Virus record (IMG/VR): IMGVR_UViG_3300005512_000271
Span: 1 to 27,284 of that record
Direction: 5' to 3' (one strand)
Length of the DNA: 27,284 bases
From: a virus
Lineage: Duplodnaviria > Caudoviricetes
In this document: positions 8,856-18,821 of the stretch, in pieces
How positions within the stretch are numbered: the stretch's first letter is position 1
Layout of the letters: every line of letters starts with the position of its first letter
The notes under the pieces: generated by a model
What the model was told of the DNA's origin: nothing
Database searches by the model: none
What the model saw: the letters and a program-made list of their open reading frames with translations, nothing else
Translations under genes and position numbers: made by a program

Positions 8856-10473
8856 ACGACTCCAAGAAGTTCAACTCCCTCCAGGGTTCGTTGAGGGAAC
8901 TCCTCGGCAGGTCAAACAGAGATGGTTGCAGGGGAACTTTGTTCGTTTTCAGCAAGGGCAGCTCAAACCAATTGGAGGTTGGACTCAACTAAGTCTGGCA
9001 GGTGGTTCGGCAACGATTGATTCTCCAGCGAGGGGTGCCCATCAATGGGTCGATAATGACGGAGATGGCTACATCACCATCGGGACCTCTGGCACTGCCA
9101 GCACAAACGGACAGTTGTATGTCGCAGAGTTCGTTCGATCTGCCACGACCAGTCCCACCCGCACCTTCACGAACATCACGCCCATTGAGGAAAATTCTGG
9201 TCTGGGCACTCAGGTCGATGCCTATGCGGCAACGGGGGATACTGCCTACGACCCAGGGTTTGGATACTGGCTTTATGGCGGGAACTATGATTATGGGACC
9301 GTGTACGCAGAGCAGGGTTCAGTGGCCTATGTCATTCCCAAAATCTGGAGTCTCGACAATTTTGGCGAGGACCTCGTGGGGGTCCACAGTGGGGATGGAC
9401 GAATCATCTACTGGGACAAATCGGCAGGCGGTGCTGCCAAGGTGATTCATGTGGACAACTCCTTCAGCGAAACGGCACCTCTGTGCCTGGCAACCGTCGT
9501 GACTGCCGAGAGGCATGTCCTAGCACTGGGTGCTGGCAATGATCAACGCAAGATCCAGTGGAGTTCTCAAGAAACTGCCGATGAGTGGACTCCCACCAGC
9601 ACAAACACTGCTGGGGATCTGACCCTGCAGGACTCTGGGACTTTGATCACAGGAAAGAGGGTTCAAGGAGGTGTGCTCCTGTTCACGACCAGCTCCGTAC
9701 ATCGTCTGAATTATCTGTCTCCTCCCCTGGTCTATGGTCAGGAAATTTTGGCATCAAATGCAGGAGTGCAGACACCGAATGCCATCTATTCAGGACCCCA
9801 AGGGACCTACTGGCTCACCCAGTCGGGAGTCTGGACTTACGATGGGTATATCAAAAAACTGCCGTGTCCGATTGAGCAACGAATCATTGAGACGGTAGAC
9901 TGGTCTCAGGAGGCACTTCTGTTTGCTGCTGGAAACAAGCGATATAATGAAATTTGGTGGTGGTGTCCTAGAGTTGGGGGCACCCAGAAAAATTGTGAAT
10001 ACTATATCGTTTACAACTACGCAGATAATGTCTGGTATGACTCGTACAGTACAGGTTCAGGGATTGCGAGAAACGTCTGGATCGATGCCGAGGTGCACAG
10101 CTCTCCTCTGGCAGTTGATCCTACGAATAATAAAATTTATGAGCATGAAGTCACCAATCCTGAACAGACCGAGATTGCCACTGCCGAAACGGGTGCCATC
10201 GACATCCAGCAGGGCGAGAGATACACCCGAATCTCCAAGATCTTCAGCGACACCAACCAGCAGTCGGCAGGTACGGTGAATTACAAATTCTTTACCAGTA
10301 TCTCTGGGGATGCCGTAGAGATCGAATCTGGGAACTATCCCTTAGAATCCGATGGGGAGATCGATGTGAGACTGCAGGGCAGGCAGATGCGGTACAAGGT
10401 CACAGGAAACCTAGCTGCAGACTGGACCGTGGGGAACACCCGCTTTGAGGTCCACACTGGAGGTCGCAGATGA
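8848..10473 (+). CDS. Tail nozzle / DNA stabilisation protein (P22 gp10 / tubular B-like)
   Basis: 541 aa, beta-propeller-like; WSLDNFGEDL, IQWSSQE, TNTAGDL, NEIWWW, YIVYNYADNVWY motifs; TTG start. Confidence 0.8.
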   Translation: MAKRLQEVQLPPGFVEGTPRQVKQRWLQGNFVRFQQGQLKPIGGWTQLSLAGGSATIDSPARGAHQWVDNDGDGYITIGTSGTASTNGQLYVAEFVRSATTSPTRTFTNITPIEENSGLGTQVDAYAATGDTAYDPGFGYWLYGGNYDYGTVYAEQGSVAYVIPKIWSLDNFGEDLVGVHSGDGRIIYWDKSAGGAAKVIHVDNSFSETAPLCLATVVTAERHVLALGAGNDQRKIQWSSQETADEWTPTSTNTAGDLTLQDSGTLITGKRVQGGVLLFTTSSVHRLNYLSPPLVYGQEILASNAGVQTPNAIYSGPQGTYWLTQSGVWTYDGYIKKLPCPIEQRIIETVDWSQEALLFAAGNKRYNEIWWWCPRVGGTQKNCEYYIVYNYADNVWYDSYSTGSGIARNVWIDAEVHSSPLAVDPTNNKIYEHEVTNPEQTEIATAETGAIDIQQGERYTRISKIFSDTNQQSAGTVNYKFFTSISGDAVEIESGNYPLESDGEIDVRLQGRQMRYKVTGNLAADWTVGNTRFEVHTGGRR

Positions 10474-10712
10474 GTTACCTTCCGCTCCCGACTGCAGAAT
10501 ACCGTGCCTCTCTCCTCTCCTCGGCATTCCGAACGATCTCTGCAGAATTTCGCAAAAGATACAGCAAGGACGAGGACCTCGAAGTGCTGAGAAACTACGA
10601 CAGCACTGGCACCGAAACCGGACGACAACGATTGATCCTTCAGTCACCCAATGGGACCCGTTACGAAGTTACAACGGACAACTCAGGTAATTTAACGACG
10701 ACAGCATTATAG
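10470..10712 (+). CDS. Small tail-associated protein
   Basis: LILQSPNGTRYEVTTDNSGNL motif; ATGA overlap. Confidence 0.7.
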   Translation: MSYLPLPTAEYRASLLSSAFRTISAEFRKRYSKDEDLEVLRNYDSTGTETGRQRLILQSPNGTRYEVTTDNSGNLTTTAL

Positions 10713-10719
10713 GACTGAG

Positions 10720-12897
10720 ATGATTCCACAGAACAAAAAAAATACGGGCAGTCAGGTTGGGCAGTATGGGCTGAATCCCAATGCGACCCGAACAAATTCA
10801 GGGAGATCGACAGCACTTGATGTTGGCACAGGAGCAGCAATAGGCGTTGGTGTATTGACGACATTGCTGGGTCAAGGGGGTTCTCGGTCAGGGAATCAAA
10901 CGACGACTCAACAGAACCTACCGGATTGGGCGATCCCCTATGCCCAAAACACGATGAATATTGGGTCGCAGTTCACGATGAATCCCAACTATCGTCCCAC
11001 CACTCTGGATCAGGATTATTCTGGGATTCGAGGATATACGGGACCTCTTGGGGTGGATTACGGACAGGTCTCGGTGCCAGACAATCTGCAGACTGGGCGC
11101 ACCTCCAGCCGAGGAGGTGGAAGGCAAAACTCCAAGGTTCTGGAAGAACAAACCCAACTGCTGGAAAATCCTGTTGCGGTCACTCCTCCATCAGGGAATC
11201 CTGTCTATATTGGATACGGGCGGGATTATGATCCAACAAAAATCTACACGGATCTGGAACTGCATGACCTCGCTGAGTCACCCAGCGGGGAATTTAATGA
11301 GGATCTTTATAACCAACTGGTTGCTTCTCAGAGTGCTTTGAAAAACGCACAGCAGGCAGCATCTAGTCAGGCAACTGCTGGAACCGAAGACGGTGAGGAG
11401 GAGGATGCCGTGCCCTTTGGTGACATGCTTACCCCCTTCCAAGCCTACGACCGTCAACGTTTTGCCGCACCTGGAGAGAATACCCTCCGAGGTGAAGGGA
11501 TTCTCTCAGGTCGCTACGATCAACGCTTTGGCCCAGGCGGGACTGACCCGTTTGCTGCTGCCAATCAAGCAGTGGGGTCTGCTGCTAACTACACCTCTGG
11601 ATTCCAAGGAACAATGGGGGAAGGTGGGTTGGGTGGTCAGGCAGGAAATTACCAGCAGGGACTCGGATCGGCAACTGATCCAAATGTGTTTCAAGCAGGC
11701 AACTACACTTCTGGACTCCCCAACTTTGCAAATCCCAATGCAAATCAAACAAATGTTAATTCTGCAGTTGGGAATGTGAATTCAGGGTTGACCTCTACCG
11801 CGTACAGCAACGCAAACGCAGGATTGACAGGACCCCAAAATTATAACCAGAATTTTCAGAATCTGGTCAATCAGAGCATTAACCCGTACCAAGACCAGGT
11901 GGTCAACCAGACCATCACAGATCTGAACCGTGCGCGGCAGATGACCCAGAACCAGATTGGTGGTCAAGCCGCAAAGGCTGGAGCATTTGGTGGATCACGG
12001 CAGGCACTGCTGGAAGCCGAAAACAATCGGAACTACTTGGATCGGGTAGCAGCCGCAACCGGACAATTGAGACAACAAGGATTTGAGAGTGCTGCGAACC
12101 GAGCACAGCAAGAAAACCTGCAGAGGTTAGGTCTAACTGCTCAGGATTTACAACAAACCAGGGGTCTGCAGTCTCAAGGGAATCTCGCAGCTCAAGGGTT
12201 GACTGCAAAAGATGCACAGGATGTCCGAGGGTTGCAGTCACAAGGAGCACTCGCAGCTCAAGGTCTACGATCTCAAGGTGGTCTTGCTGCACAGGGACTG
12301 CAGTCTCAAGGTGCACTGGCAGCACTTGGGGCAAATGCAGGACTCTACCAGTCTGCCCTCGGCCTGAATGCCGCAGGAGATCGATCAGCAATGGGATATA
12401 ATGCAGGACTGCTGGGTGATGCAATGAGGCTCGATGCCAGTGACCTAAATCAACGAAGAAACCTTGCAAGCAATGAGGCCCAGTTTACAGAGACTGCCAA
12501 CCGAGGAGCAGGTGCGCTGAACCTCCAAGGAGGACAGGCACTTGGACAACTGGCACAGGCTGGAACTGCAGATGAACGACAACGAATTGCCGACATCCTG
12601 GCAGCAGCAGCAGGGCAGGATAACCGAAACCAGCAGGATCTCGACTTCATTTACAACGAGTTCCAAAGAGAACTTGGGTATCCAATGGATATGATCAATT
12701 TGAGGAATACAGCAATCTCTCCTGCGACGAACAGTGTGGTCACTACCAGCAGTCCTCTCTATGGTCAGAATCCTCTTCTCCAGGGACTCGGTGCAGGGTT
12801 GTCAACCTACAGTTTACTCAGAGATTTTGGAGATGCCCCGATTCAGTACAATAATGCTCCTACTCTGGGGCTTAACTCTGGATTTGGTCTAGATTGA
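10720..12897 (+). CDS. Internal virion / DNA ejection (pilot) protein
   Basis: LPDWAIPY, INPYQDQVV, AAKAGAFGGSRQAL motifs; rich in Gln, Gly, Ala and Asn. Confidence 0.75.
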   Translation: MIPQNKKNTGSQVGQYGLNPNATRTNSGRSTALDVGTGAAIGVGVLTTLLGQGGSRSGNQTTTQQNLPDWAIPYAQNTMNIGSQFTMNPNYRPTTLDQDYSGIRGYTGPLGVDYGQVSVPDNLQTGRTSSRGGGRQNSKVLEEQTQLLENPVAVTPPSGNPVYIGYGRDYDPTKIYTDLELHDLAESPSGEFNEDLYNQLVASQSALKNAQQAASSQATAGTEDGEEEDAVPFGDMLTPFQAYDRQRFAAPGENTLRGEGILSGRYDQRFGPGGTDPFAAANQAVGSAANYTSGFQGTMGEGGLGGQAGNYQQGLGSATDPNVFQAGNYTSGLPNFANPNANQTNVNSAVGNVNSGLTSTAYSNANAGLTGPQNYNQNFQNLVNQSINPYQDQVVNQTITDLNRARQMTQNQIGGQAAKAGAFGGSRQALLEAENNRNYLDRVAAATGQLRQQGFESAANRAQQENLQRLGLTAQDLQQTRGLQSQGNLAAQGLTAKDAQDVRGLQSQGALAAQGLRSQGGLAAQGLQSQGALAALGANAGLYQSALGLNAAGDRSAMGYNAGLLGDAMRLDASDLNQRRNLASNEAQFTETANRGAGALNLQGGQALGQLAQAGTADERQRIADILAAAAGQDNRNQQDLDFIYNEFQRELGYPMDMINLRNTAISPATNSVVTTSSPLYGQNPLLQGLGAGLSTYSLLRDFGDAPIQYNNAPTLGLNSGFGLD
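12163..12324 (+). repeat. 11-aa coding repeat GL(Q/R)SQGxLAA(Q), four copies
   Basis: GLQSQGNLAAQ, GLQSQGALAAQ, GLRSQGGLAAQ, GLQSQGALAA; the last three have a 33-nt period. Confidence 0.85.
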
Positions 12898-12909
12898 TAG
12901 GAGAAAAAG

Positions 12910-13029
12910 ATGTTTGGACTATTAGATGATATTGATCGCCAGGATGTTAAGGAATTTCTGAACTCTGCTGTAGACAACACGGCAGATCTCTACGACACGG
13001 TGACCGAGTACGACTATAGGAGAGTCTGA
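12910..13029 (+). CDS. 39-aa acidic microprotein (MFGLLDDIDRQDVKEFLNSAVDNTADLYDTVTEYDYRRV)
   Basis: Not in the ORF track. RBS TAGGAG at 12898-12903; TGATG coupling to the next gene. Confidence 0.65.
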   Translation: MFGLLDDIDRQDVKEFLNSAVDNTADLYDTVTEYDYRRV

Positions 13030-14765
13030 TGGCCTACTTGAATCCGAACGAACAGGCAACAGAGGAATTTCTGCGGCAACTACGAGATGAGGAAGCCCGT
13101 CGTCTGTATTTGTTGAGGGCAGCAAGGGGGAATGTTTATACTCCTGACCCTATTGCAGCAAGTTTCCCTGCACCCAGAACGGCAATGGATTTGATTGGAT
13201 CAGGAATGCAGTCTGACCAGATTCGGTCTTTAGAGCAAATGGGCCAGGCAAGAACCCCTATGCTCCCACTGACACCTGACCCCATTGAAGTTATCCAAGA
13301 GTCTGCTCCTTCTCCTGTAGTTCAATCTCGACAGATGGCAGGACCTCCACAGCAGGCACAGGGACCTGCAAATCCTCCAACTAACAAGAACAGTTTTGAT
13401 TTTCGTGTTCCTGCAGTATCCCAAACCTCCTCACCAGCACAAGGTCTGCTGGACACCGAGGAACCTGCCGAGGGTGGATCATTCTACGACGATCCGATGA
13501 GGATGGGACTTTTGCAGGCTGGACTCGGACTACTATCCGCACCTCAGTATTCCACCAACCCAAATGATGTGACTCTGGGATCTGCACTTGCCAGGGGTCT
13601 CGGTGGATACATTCAGGGGTATGGTGGGACGAAGAAACGGTTGAGTGATGAGGAGAGGCAACGGATTGAGGACGAACGTGATGCCCGAAAAGAAGAATAT
13701 CACATCATGTATCTCAGAGCCTTGACCACTGACGCCATCAGTCGTGCCAACTCGATGAATGCAACAATGACGGAGAAGGCAGAGGCCAGACGACTGGCTG
13801 GACAACTAAAGGAAAGCCAGGTCAGTCAGATTCTTGGCAAGCAATCCGACCTCAACCAAACGCAAAGAGTAGAGCGTCGAAAGCAGTTGATGGGAATGAG
13901 TCCCGAAATGCTGCAGTCGGAATATCATCAGTTCTTCCCCACTGCCGAGATGCAGGAGACTCAGAATCTGCGGGAGAAATTGGCAAGCTACACAGGGCAA
14001 CCTGCTGAGACCTATGGGGCCTATGAGTCCAAGGATTTGATCTCTGCGATCAGTAAGTTTGAAGAACCTCAGAAACCAGAGGACAAACCCAGAGGAAGCC
14101 AGGCAGAACGAGATGAGGACATCCTCATCAATGCTACGGCAGAACAAGCCAATGATCCCAAGGTTCAGATGGCATTCCAGAGATTGTTCCTAGAACCTTC
14201 TGATGAAACCACTCAGTGGAATCCACAGAAACAACAGACAGAACGGTTCAAGACCTATCCAACCATCCCAGACTACTATGTGGAGAAGTTCCCAGCACTG
14301 GCACAACAGCAGGCCCAACTGAAGAACCAGAGTAGTGTTGTACCTGCCAAACCGAATCTGACGGAGCAGCAACAACGGGCAAGGGGGAATGTCTTGGCAG
14401 GATTTGAACAGGAGATCCTCAGTAACAACTATGATGAACCAATGGACACCTTCAGTTTTGACGAAGCAATGCCATTCCGACGATTCCAGTCAGATGAGTA
14501 TCGAATGAAAATCGATGCCCAGGATCGTTGGATTGAAAATGTATTGCGAGCTGCATCTGGTGCTGCCATTGCCCAATCAGAATATGAATCATACCGACAG
14601 CAATACTTCCCAACACCTGGAGAGGGACCGGAAGCCAAGGAACGCAAACGGCAGATGAGAGCATTGAAGGTGCAGGAAGCACAGTTAAAAATTGCGGAAC
14701 AAGCCCGAATCCAGGGGGCACTCCCACAAGTAAGCAATGACCCTGATGATATTTTACTTCAGTGA
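13029..14765 (+). CDS. Internal virion / ejection protein
   Basis: Pro/Gln-rich N-terminus, GLLQAGLGLL..., C-terminal VLRAASGAAIAQSEY...YFPTPGE motif; position in the operon. Confidence 0.7.
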   Translation: MAYLNPNEQATEEFLRQLRDEEARRLYLLRAARGNVYTPDPIAASFPAPRTAMDLIGSGMQSDQIRSLEQMGQARTPMLPLTPDPIEVIQESAPSPVVQSRQMAGPPQQAQGPANPPTNKNSFDFRVPAVSQTSSPAQGLLDTEEPAEGGSFYDDPMRMGLLQAGLGLLSAPQYSTNPNDVTLGSALARGLGGYIQGYGGTKKRLSDEERQRIEDERDARKEEYHIMYLRALTTDAISRANSMNATMTEKAEARRLAGQLKESQVSQILGKQSDLNQTQRVERRKQLMGMSPEMLQSEYHQFFPTAEMQETQNLREKLASYTGQPAETYGAYESKDLISAISKFEEPQKPEDKPRGSQAERDEDILINATAEQANDPKVQMAFQRLFLEPSDETTQWNPQKQQTERFKTYPTIPDYYVEKFPALAQQQAQLKNQSSVVPAKPNLTEQQQRARGNVLAGFEQEILSNNYDEPMDTFSFDEAMPFRRFQSDEYRMKIDAQDRWIENVLRAASGAAIAQSEYESYRQQYFPTPGEGPEAKERKRQMRALKVQEAQLKIAEQARIQGALPQVSNDPDDILLQ

Positions 14766-14772
14766 GTGACCT

Positions 14773-16839
14773 ATGACCAAACTGCAGGAGATCCTAGTCA
14801 AAGTCTCTGATGCACGGGCTAGAAATGTTTCGGAAGAAAACATCAACGAGTACCTGCGTCGGAAAGGGTACAGTCGAGATAGTTTTGAGGATGCCGTTCG
14901 CTACCTAATCAACAAACAAGGCAAGAAGGCAGGATACCAGAAAGCACTCGGTGACAAGTTCAGTCCTCAGTTTGCTGGTGCCGTTGCCAGAGAGATTGCA
15001 GGTGGGGTGATGTATGAGTGGGGTGATGAGGTGGAAGCCTTTTTCCGCACCCTGGTCACAGACGAAACCTACGACGAAGCAAAGAACCAGATCAACGAAG
15101 AACGACAGACCTTTCAGAACATCGATCCTACAGCAACAACACTGATGAATGTCGGAGGTGGGATCATAGGAGGTGCCGCAGAAGGTGCTGCCGCAGCACG
15201 GTTAGGAATGCAGTTGCCTCAAATGCTCCAACCAACTACCGGACAACCCATCCGTAATGTTGCCAGGTCTGCAACTTCTGGTGCTGCATCAGGTGCAGGT
15301 GCAGGTGCTTTGACTGCTGCAGGTGCGGATCAGAATGTAGGAATTGGTGCTGCCGTTGGTGCTGCCACAGGTGGAACCATCACCCCTGCAGTGGATCTGG
15401 GTCGTGCAGGACTGCAGAGATTGTTTTCCGGTTCAGGAGGCAATACGCCAATCGGACCTCCATCTGCAACCAATGATTATGATCCCAACAACCGTGCTCT
15501 CCGCAAATTGCTGACCAGTATTGAAGACGACACAGGAATGAGAGGTGCTGCTGCCGTGAACGCTGCTAGACAGAGACTCGGTGAGTTTGAGGCAGCACAA
15601 CGAGGTGCAGAGGTTGCCATGCCTGACCTAGCAGGTCGGAATCTGAGAAAAACCACGGATGCACTGGTATCAACTCCAGGACCAGCATCTCAGCAGATCA
15701 GTGACATGCTCTACACTCGACAGGCTGGACAACGAGAACGTTTGCTCGACACCCTGCAAAGGAACCTGGCAGAAGGGACAGACCCTGAACGGTTTGCAAC
15801 TCAGATGGCAGAACGCAGAGCAGAACTGAGTCCTCGCTACCAGGCCATCCAAAACAATTTGATGCAGGACCCAACGTACCAGCAGATTTATGAGAGAGAT
15901 CCTAGGTTTGCTCAACAGCATGATCTGATACAAAGGAATTACCAGTATACTGGAGAACCTACATCTGGACCCATTCGGCAAGGGAATACGGTTCGACCTG
16001 GACCTTATACTGTCCGCAATATTGAAGACACTAGACAAGGTGTGTCCTATTTAATGGACAAGAACCCCGTAGAGTCTGGGTATGTTTCAGGTGCAAATCG
16101 TCGATCTCTCAGTAGAAACTATGATGAGATGATGCAGGCAGCAAGCAGGGAAAATCCAACATATCAAGAATTAAGGCGAGAAGGTTTTGATACTCGCAAC
16201 ATGCAGGAACTAAATCTTCAGGGATACAAGGAAGTTCCAAGAATGCCTCCAGAGCAACTGGAGGATTTGGTGCGAGACCGAACCCCAGCAGAGATGAATG
16301 CCCTCCGTTCTGGATTTGTTCAACGGATGAAGGATCAGATGAATGAGGTCAAAGCTGCAGCAGGTGACCGAACGAGAGACTGGTCCTCTCCGAACATGCA
16401 GAAGAGGATGGAGATTCTGTTTGACTCACCAGAACAGTTCCAGCAGTTCCAAAGAGAGATGGATGCAGAACGCACGATGAGTGAGACTTCAGGGTATGTG
16501 TTAGGGAACAGTCGAACGGCAGAACGTCTGGCAAATCAGGATGAACTAGGCGGACTAACTCCCAATGAGTTCAGCAGTGCCATGCAAGGGAACAAACTGG
16601 ATCTCTTGGCAAGAGGGGCAACCTTTGCAGATGATCTGCTGAGACGCAGAGAGATGAGACAGATGTCGGAGCAACTAGGTCCTCGATTGTCTGGACAGGG
16701 ATCTGCTGCCGTTGGTCAGAGTCTGAACGACCTGCAAAACTATGCTGCATTGAGGGACTTGATGGCACAAGAAAATGCCCGTCGAAATATGTTTGTTGGA
16801 GGTCTTGGCGGAAGGATTTCCAGTGGACTTCTGGACTAG
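14773..16839 (+). CDS. Internal virion / ejection protein (last late gene)
   Basis: WGDEVEA motif, Gly/Ala-rich putative membrane segments, GNSRTAER, ends in GLLD. Confidence 0.7.
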   Translation: MTKLQEILVKVSDARARNVSEENINEYLRRKGYSRDSFEDAVRYLINKQGKKAGYQKALGDKFSPQFAGAVAREIAGGVMYEWGDEVEAFFRTLVTDETYDEAKNQINEERQTFQNIDPTATTLMNVGGGIIGGAAEGAAAARLGMQLPQMLQPTTGQPIRNVARSATSGAASGAGAGALTAAGADQNVGIGAAVGAATGGTITPAVDLGRAGLQRLFSGSGGNTPIGPPSATNDYDPNNRALRKLLTSIEDDTGMRGAAAVNAARQRLGEFEAAQRGAEVAMPDLAGRNLRKTTDALVSTPGPASQQISDMLYTRQAGQRERLLDTLQRNLAEGTDPERFATQMAERRAELSPRYQAIQNNLMQDPTYQQIYERDPRFAQQHDLIQRNYQYTGEPTSGPIRQGNTVRPGPYTVRNIEDTRQGVSYLMDKNPVESGYVSGANRRSLSRNYDEMMQAASRENPTYQELRREGFDTRNMQELNLQGYKEVPRMPPEQLEDLVRDRTPAEMNALRSGFVQRMKDQMNEVKAAAGDRTRDWSSPNMQKRMEILFDSPEQFQQFQREMDAERTMSETSGYVLGNSRTAERLANQDELGGLTPNEFSSAMQGNKLDLLARGATFADDLLRRREMRQMSEQLGPRLSGQGSAAVGQSLNDLQNYAALRDLMAQENARRNMFVGGLGGRISSGLLD

Positions 16840-16872
16840 CAACCTTGTCTTTACTGACCATTCTCAATCCTG

Positions 16873-16885
16873 CAAGCCACTGATA
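16873..16885 (-). promoter_or_regulatory. Putative IHF site in the attP arm
   Basis: Minus strand reads TATCAGTGGCTTG, matching the IHF consensus WATCARNNNNTTR, about 27 nt from the att core. Confidence 0.55.
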
Positions 16886-16911
16886 TTATAGAAGAAATCA
16901 CACTTCCTATA

Positions 16912-16957
16912 TGACTTCTAATCAGTAGGTTCCAGGTTCAAGTCCTGGTGGGCGCAC
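16912..16957 (+). mobile_element. attP core: 3' half of tRNA-Arg(UCU)
   Basis: TGA-CTTCTAA-TCAG anticodon arm (TCT at 16917-16919), T arm CCAGG-TTCAAGT-CCTGG, acceptor strand TGGGCGC-A. No 5' half or D arm. Adjacent to the integrase 3' end. Confidence 0.9.
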
Positions 16958-17000
16958 GCCTGGCGGGGATTTTCGATTTGTCGATAACTCCCTTTGGAGA

Positions 17001-18062
17001 TCATAGGTTTCTCACCAAATTTTCGATCTCCAGAGCATCTGGATCTAAGTAGCCCATCGTCGTACTCAGATCCTCATGACGGAGCAACCGTTGGACATGC
17101 ACCGGACTCGCTCCCTGACGTAATAATTCCGTTGCGACTCCCGCCCTGAATCCGTGTAGAGGTTTCGGACCTCTGCAGTCGCACTTGGTTTGAACAAATC
17201 TCATGCTGGCAGTCAACTCATTGAGATGTGCCCAGTACCTCTTGCCATCTCCTCTATCCAGCACCCAGGTCTCTCCTGTTTTCTCCCACTGATTCCATTC
17301 TTGCTGTAATTTTGGCGACACGGGCACCCAGGCATCTCGTCTGGACTTCACCTGCCAAGTGTCCGTGCTGACAATCTTAATCCTCTTCTGTTCCACTTCC
17401 GACCACTTCAGGTTCAACAGTTCCCCTCCCCTCATGCCTGTCTGCGAGAGTATCCAGATACACCTATATAATAATGTATATCTCCTGCCTGGGGTCTCCC
17501 TGCAGTATTCCAGCATCCGATTGATCTCTTCTGCACTGTAGAACTGTGGTCTCTTCTTCACGGTTCTCAGTGCCTTGAGCGTGACCGGATGCTTCAACAG
17601 TTCACGTTCTGCCAACCACTTGACGAATACCCGAACCGATCGCACTGCAGAATTGATGGAGGAATCCGACAAGCCGAGACTGCGGAGGTGATCGTAGAAG
17701 GCTTCTTGAACTCTGGAGGAGAGTTGTCCTGTTCTCGGTGGGGCAACATGCAGGAATCTTTGCACATCCAGTCGGTAGTGATCCACGGTCTTGGAGTCTC
17801 GTGCAGAGGCAACCGAGGCAAGCCACTCCTCCAGCAGCGGTTCCAGGTACTGACCATGCCGTTCCTGCTCTTCAACGAGTCGGTCAAATCGATCCTTTGC
17901 TTTGCGCCAAAGAGTACCAACTACCTGCTCCCTTTCTTCCTCGGTGAGCTGGTCGTAGTCATCCTTACTGATCAGGGTCGGTCTATGGCGTTTTCCGTCT
18001 AGTCGAAAATTCGCAGTAAAAACACGGTTGGCTCTGTCGTAGACTATATCTTTGCGGATCAT
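17001..18062 (-). CDS. int: Tyrosine integrase
   Basis: Catalytic residues R (GMRGGE), K (VKSR), HxxR (HGFR), H (LRHED), Y (TTMGY); SAM-like core-binding region. Confidence 0.95.
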   Translation of the reverse strand: MIRKDIVYDRANRVFTANFRLDGKRHRPTLISKDDYDQLTEEEREQVVGTLWRKAKDRFDRLVEEQERHGQYLEPLLEEWLASVASARDSKTVDHYRLDVQRFLHVAPPRTGQLSSRVQEAFYDHLRSLGLSDSSINSAVRSVRVFVKWLAERELLKHPVTLKALRTVKKRPQFYSAEEINRMLEYCRETPGRRYTLLYRCIWILSQTGMRGGELLNLKWSEVEQKRIKIVSTDTWQVKSRRDAWVPVSPKLQQEWNQWEKTGETWVLDRGDGKRYWAHLNELTASMRFVQTKCDCRGPKPLHGFRAGVATELLRQGASPVHVQRLLRHEDLSTTMGYLDPDALEIENLVRNL

Positions 18063-18730
18063 GTTTTCCGAACGATCAATGTGACTCGACCAATCAATGA
18101 GAATTCATTCCCATCATCTGGGCTGATCTTCATCTCCTCATATTGAGGATTGTCTGAAATGATCCGTATTGATCCAAACTGTCTTTGTAATCTTTTTACA
18201 AATGCCGTGTCATCGACTCGGATCAGATACAACCCATCTGCTGTGTATCCGCTACCAAACTCAACGGCAACGTAATCTCCATTGTTGATTGTGGGGAACA
18301 TACTATCTCCCTCTACTCGCACTAATCCAATATCCCCATTCTCTGGCAACCATAGTTGTGGAACCTGCAGTTTGCGCTTGATCACTTCAATCCCCTGGTA
18401 TTCTCCATGCCCTGCTGAGACACGGACGTTGTATTCTGGAATCTCTCGATATTCCGACAAAATCCCAGAGACCTCCTTCTGCTCCAAGCGATCTGTGGCA
18501 TCCTGCCTTGGTTCTAAAATATTCCTCCAATCCTCCAGATAAATATCTAGTTTAGAAATAATCACACCTAGTTTATCCAGATCGATCTTCCTTTTACCTG
18601 TCTCAATATCTGAAACTCCTGATTGATTGATCTTCAGTTCTTGAGCCATCTCTTTTTGAGATATCCCCAATTCTCTGCGTTTTTCCCGCATTAAAGAACC
18701 GATAGATACTGGCAAGTATCCGTCTTTCAA
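18059..18730 (-). CDS. CI-like repressor (XRE HTH plus S24 peptidase)
   Basis: HTH ISQKEMAQELKINQSGVSDIETGKR, cleavage site SAG, VEGDSMFP and FVKRL catalytic motifs; TTG start with GGAG RBS. Confidence 0.93.
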   Translation of the reverse strand: MKDGYLPVSIGSLMREKRRELGISQKEMAQELKINQSGVSDIETGKRKIDLDKLGVIISKLDIYLEDWRNILEPRQDATDRLEQKEVSGILSEYREIPEYNVRVSAGHGEYQGIEVIKRKLQVPQLWLPENGDIGLVRVEGDSMFPTINNGDYVAVEFGSGYTADGLYLIRVDDTAFVKRLQRQFGSIRIISDNPQYEEMKISPDDGNEFSLIGRVTLIVRKT

Positions 18731-18750
18731 ATTTTTATCTCCAAAAATTG

Positions 18751-18801
18751 TTGACTTTGCAGATTTATTCAGATTATTATCTGAAGAACAGATTATCTGT
18801 T
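18751..18801 (+). promoter_or_regulatory. Rightward early promoter with palindromic operators
   Basis: TTGACT (18751) and TATTAT (18775) with an 18-nt spacer. Inverted repeats TTCAGAT-tatt-ATCTGAA (18768-18785) and AACAGAT-t-ATCTGTT (18787-18801). Confidence 0.75.
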
Positions 18802-18821
18802 AACTGCTAACTAAGCAAAAT

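Noticed and set aside
12910-13040. Frameshift fusion of the 39-aa ORF to the 13029 protein
   Set aside because: There is a TAG at 13017 in the downstream frame and no slippery site; the TGATG overlap fits ordinary coupling.
16880-16960. Complete tRNA-Arg gene
   Set aside because: The 5' acceptor strand and D arm are absent and there is no CCA, so it is treated as attP.
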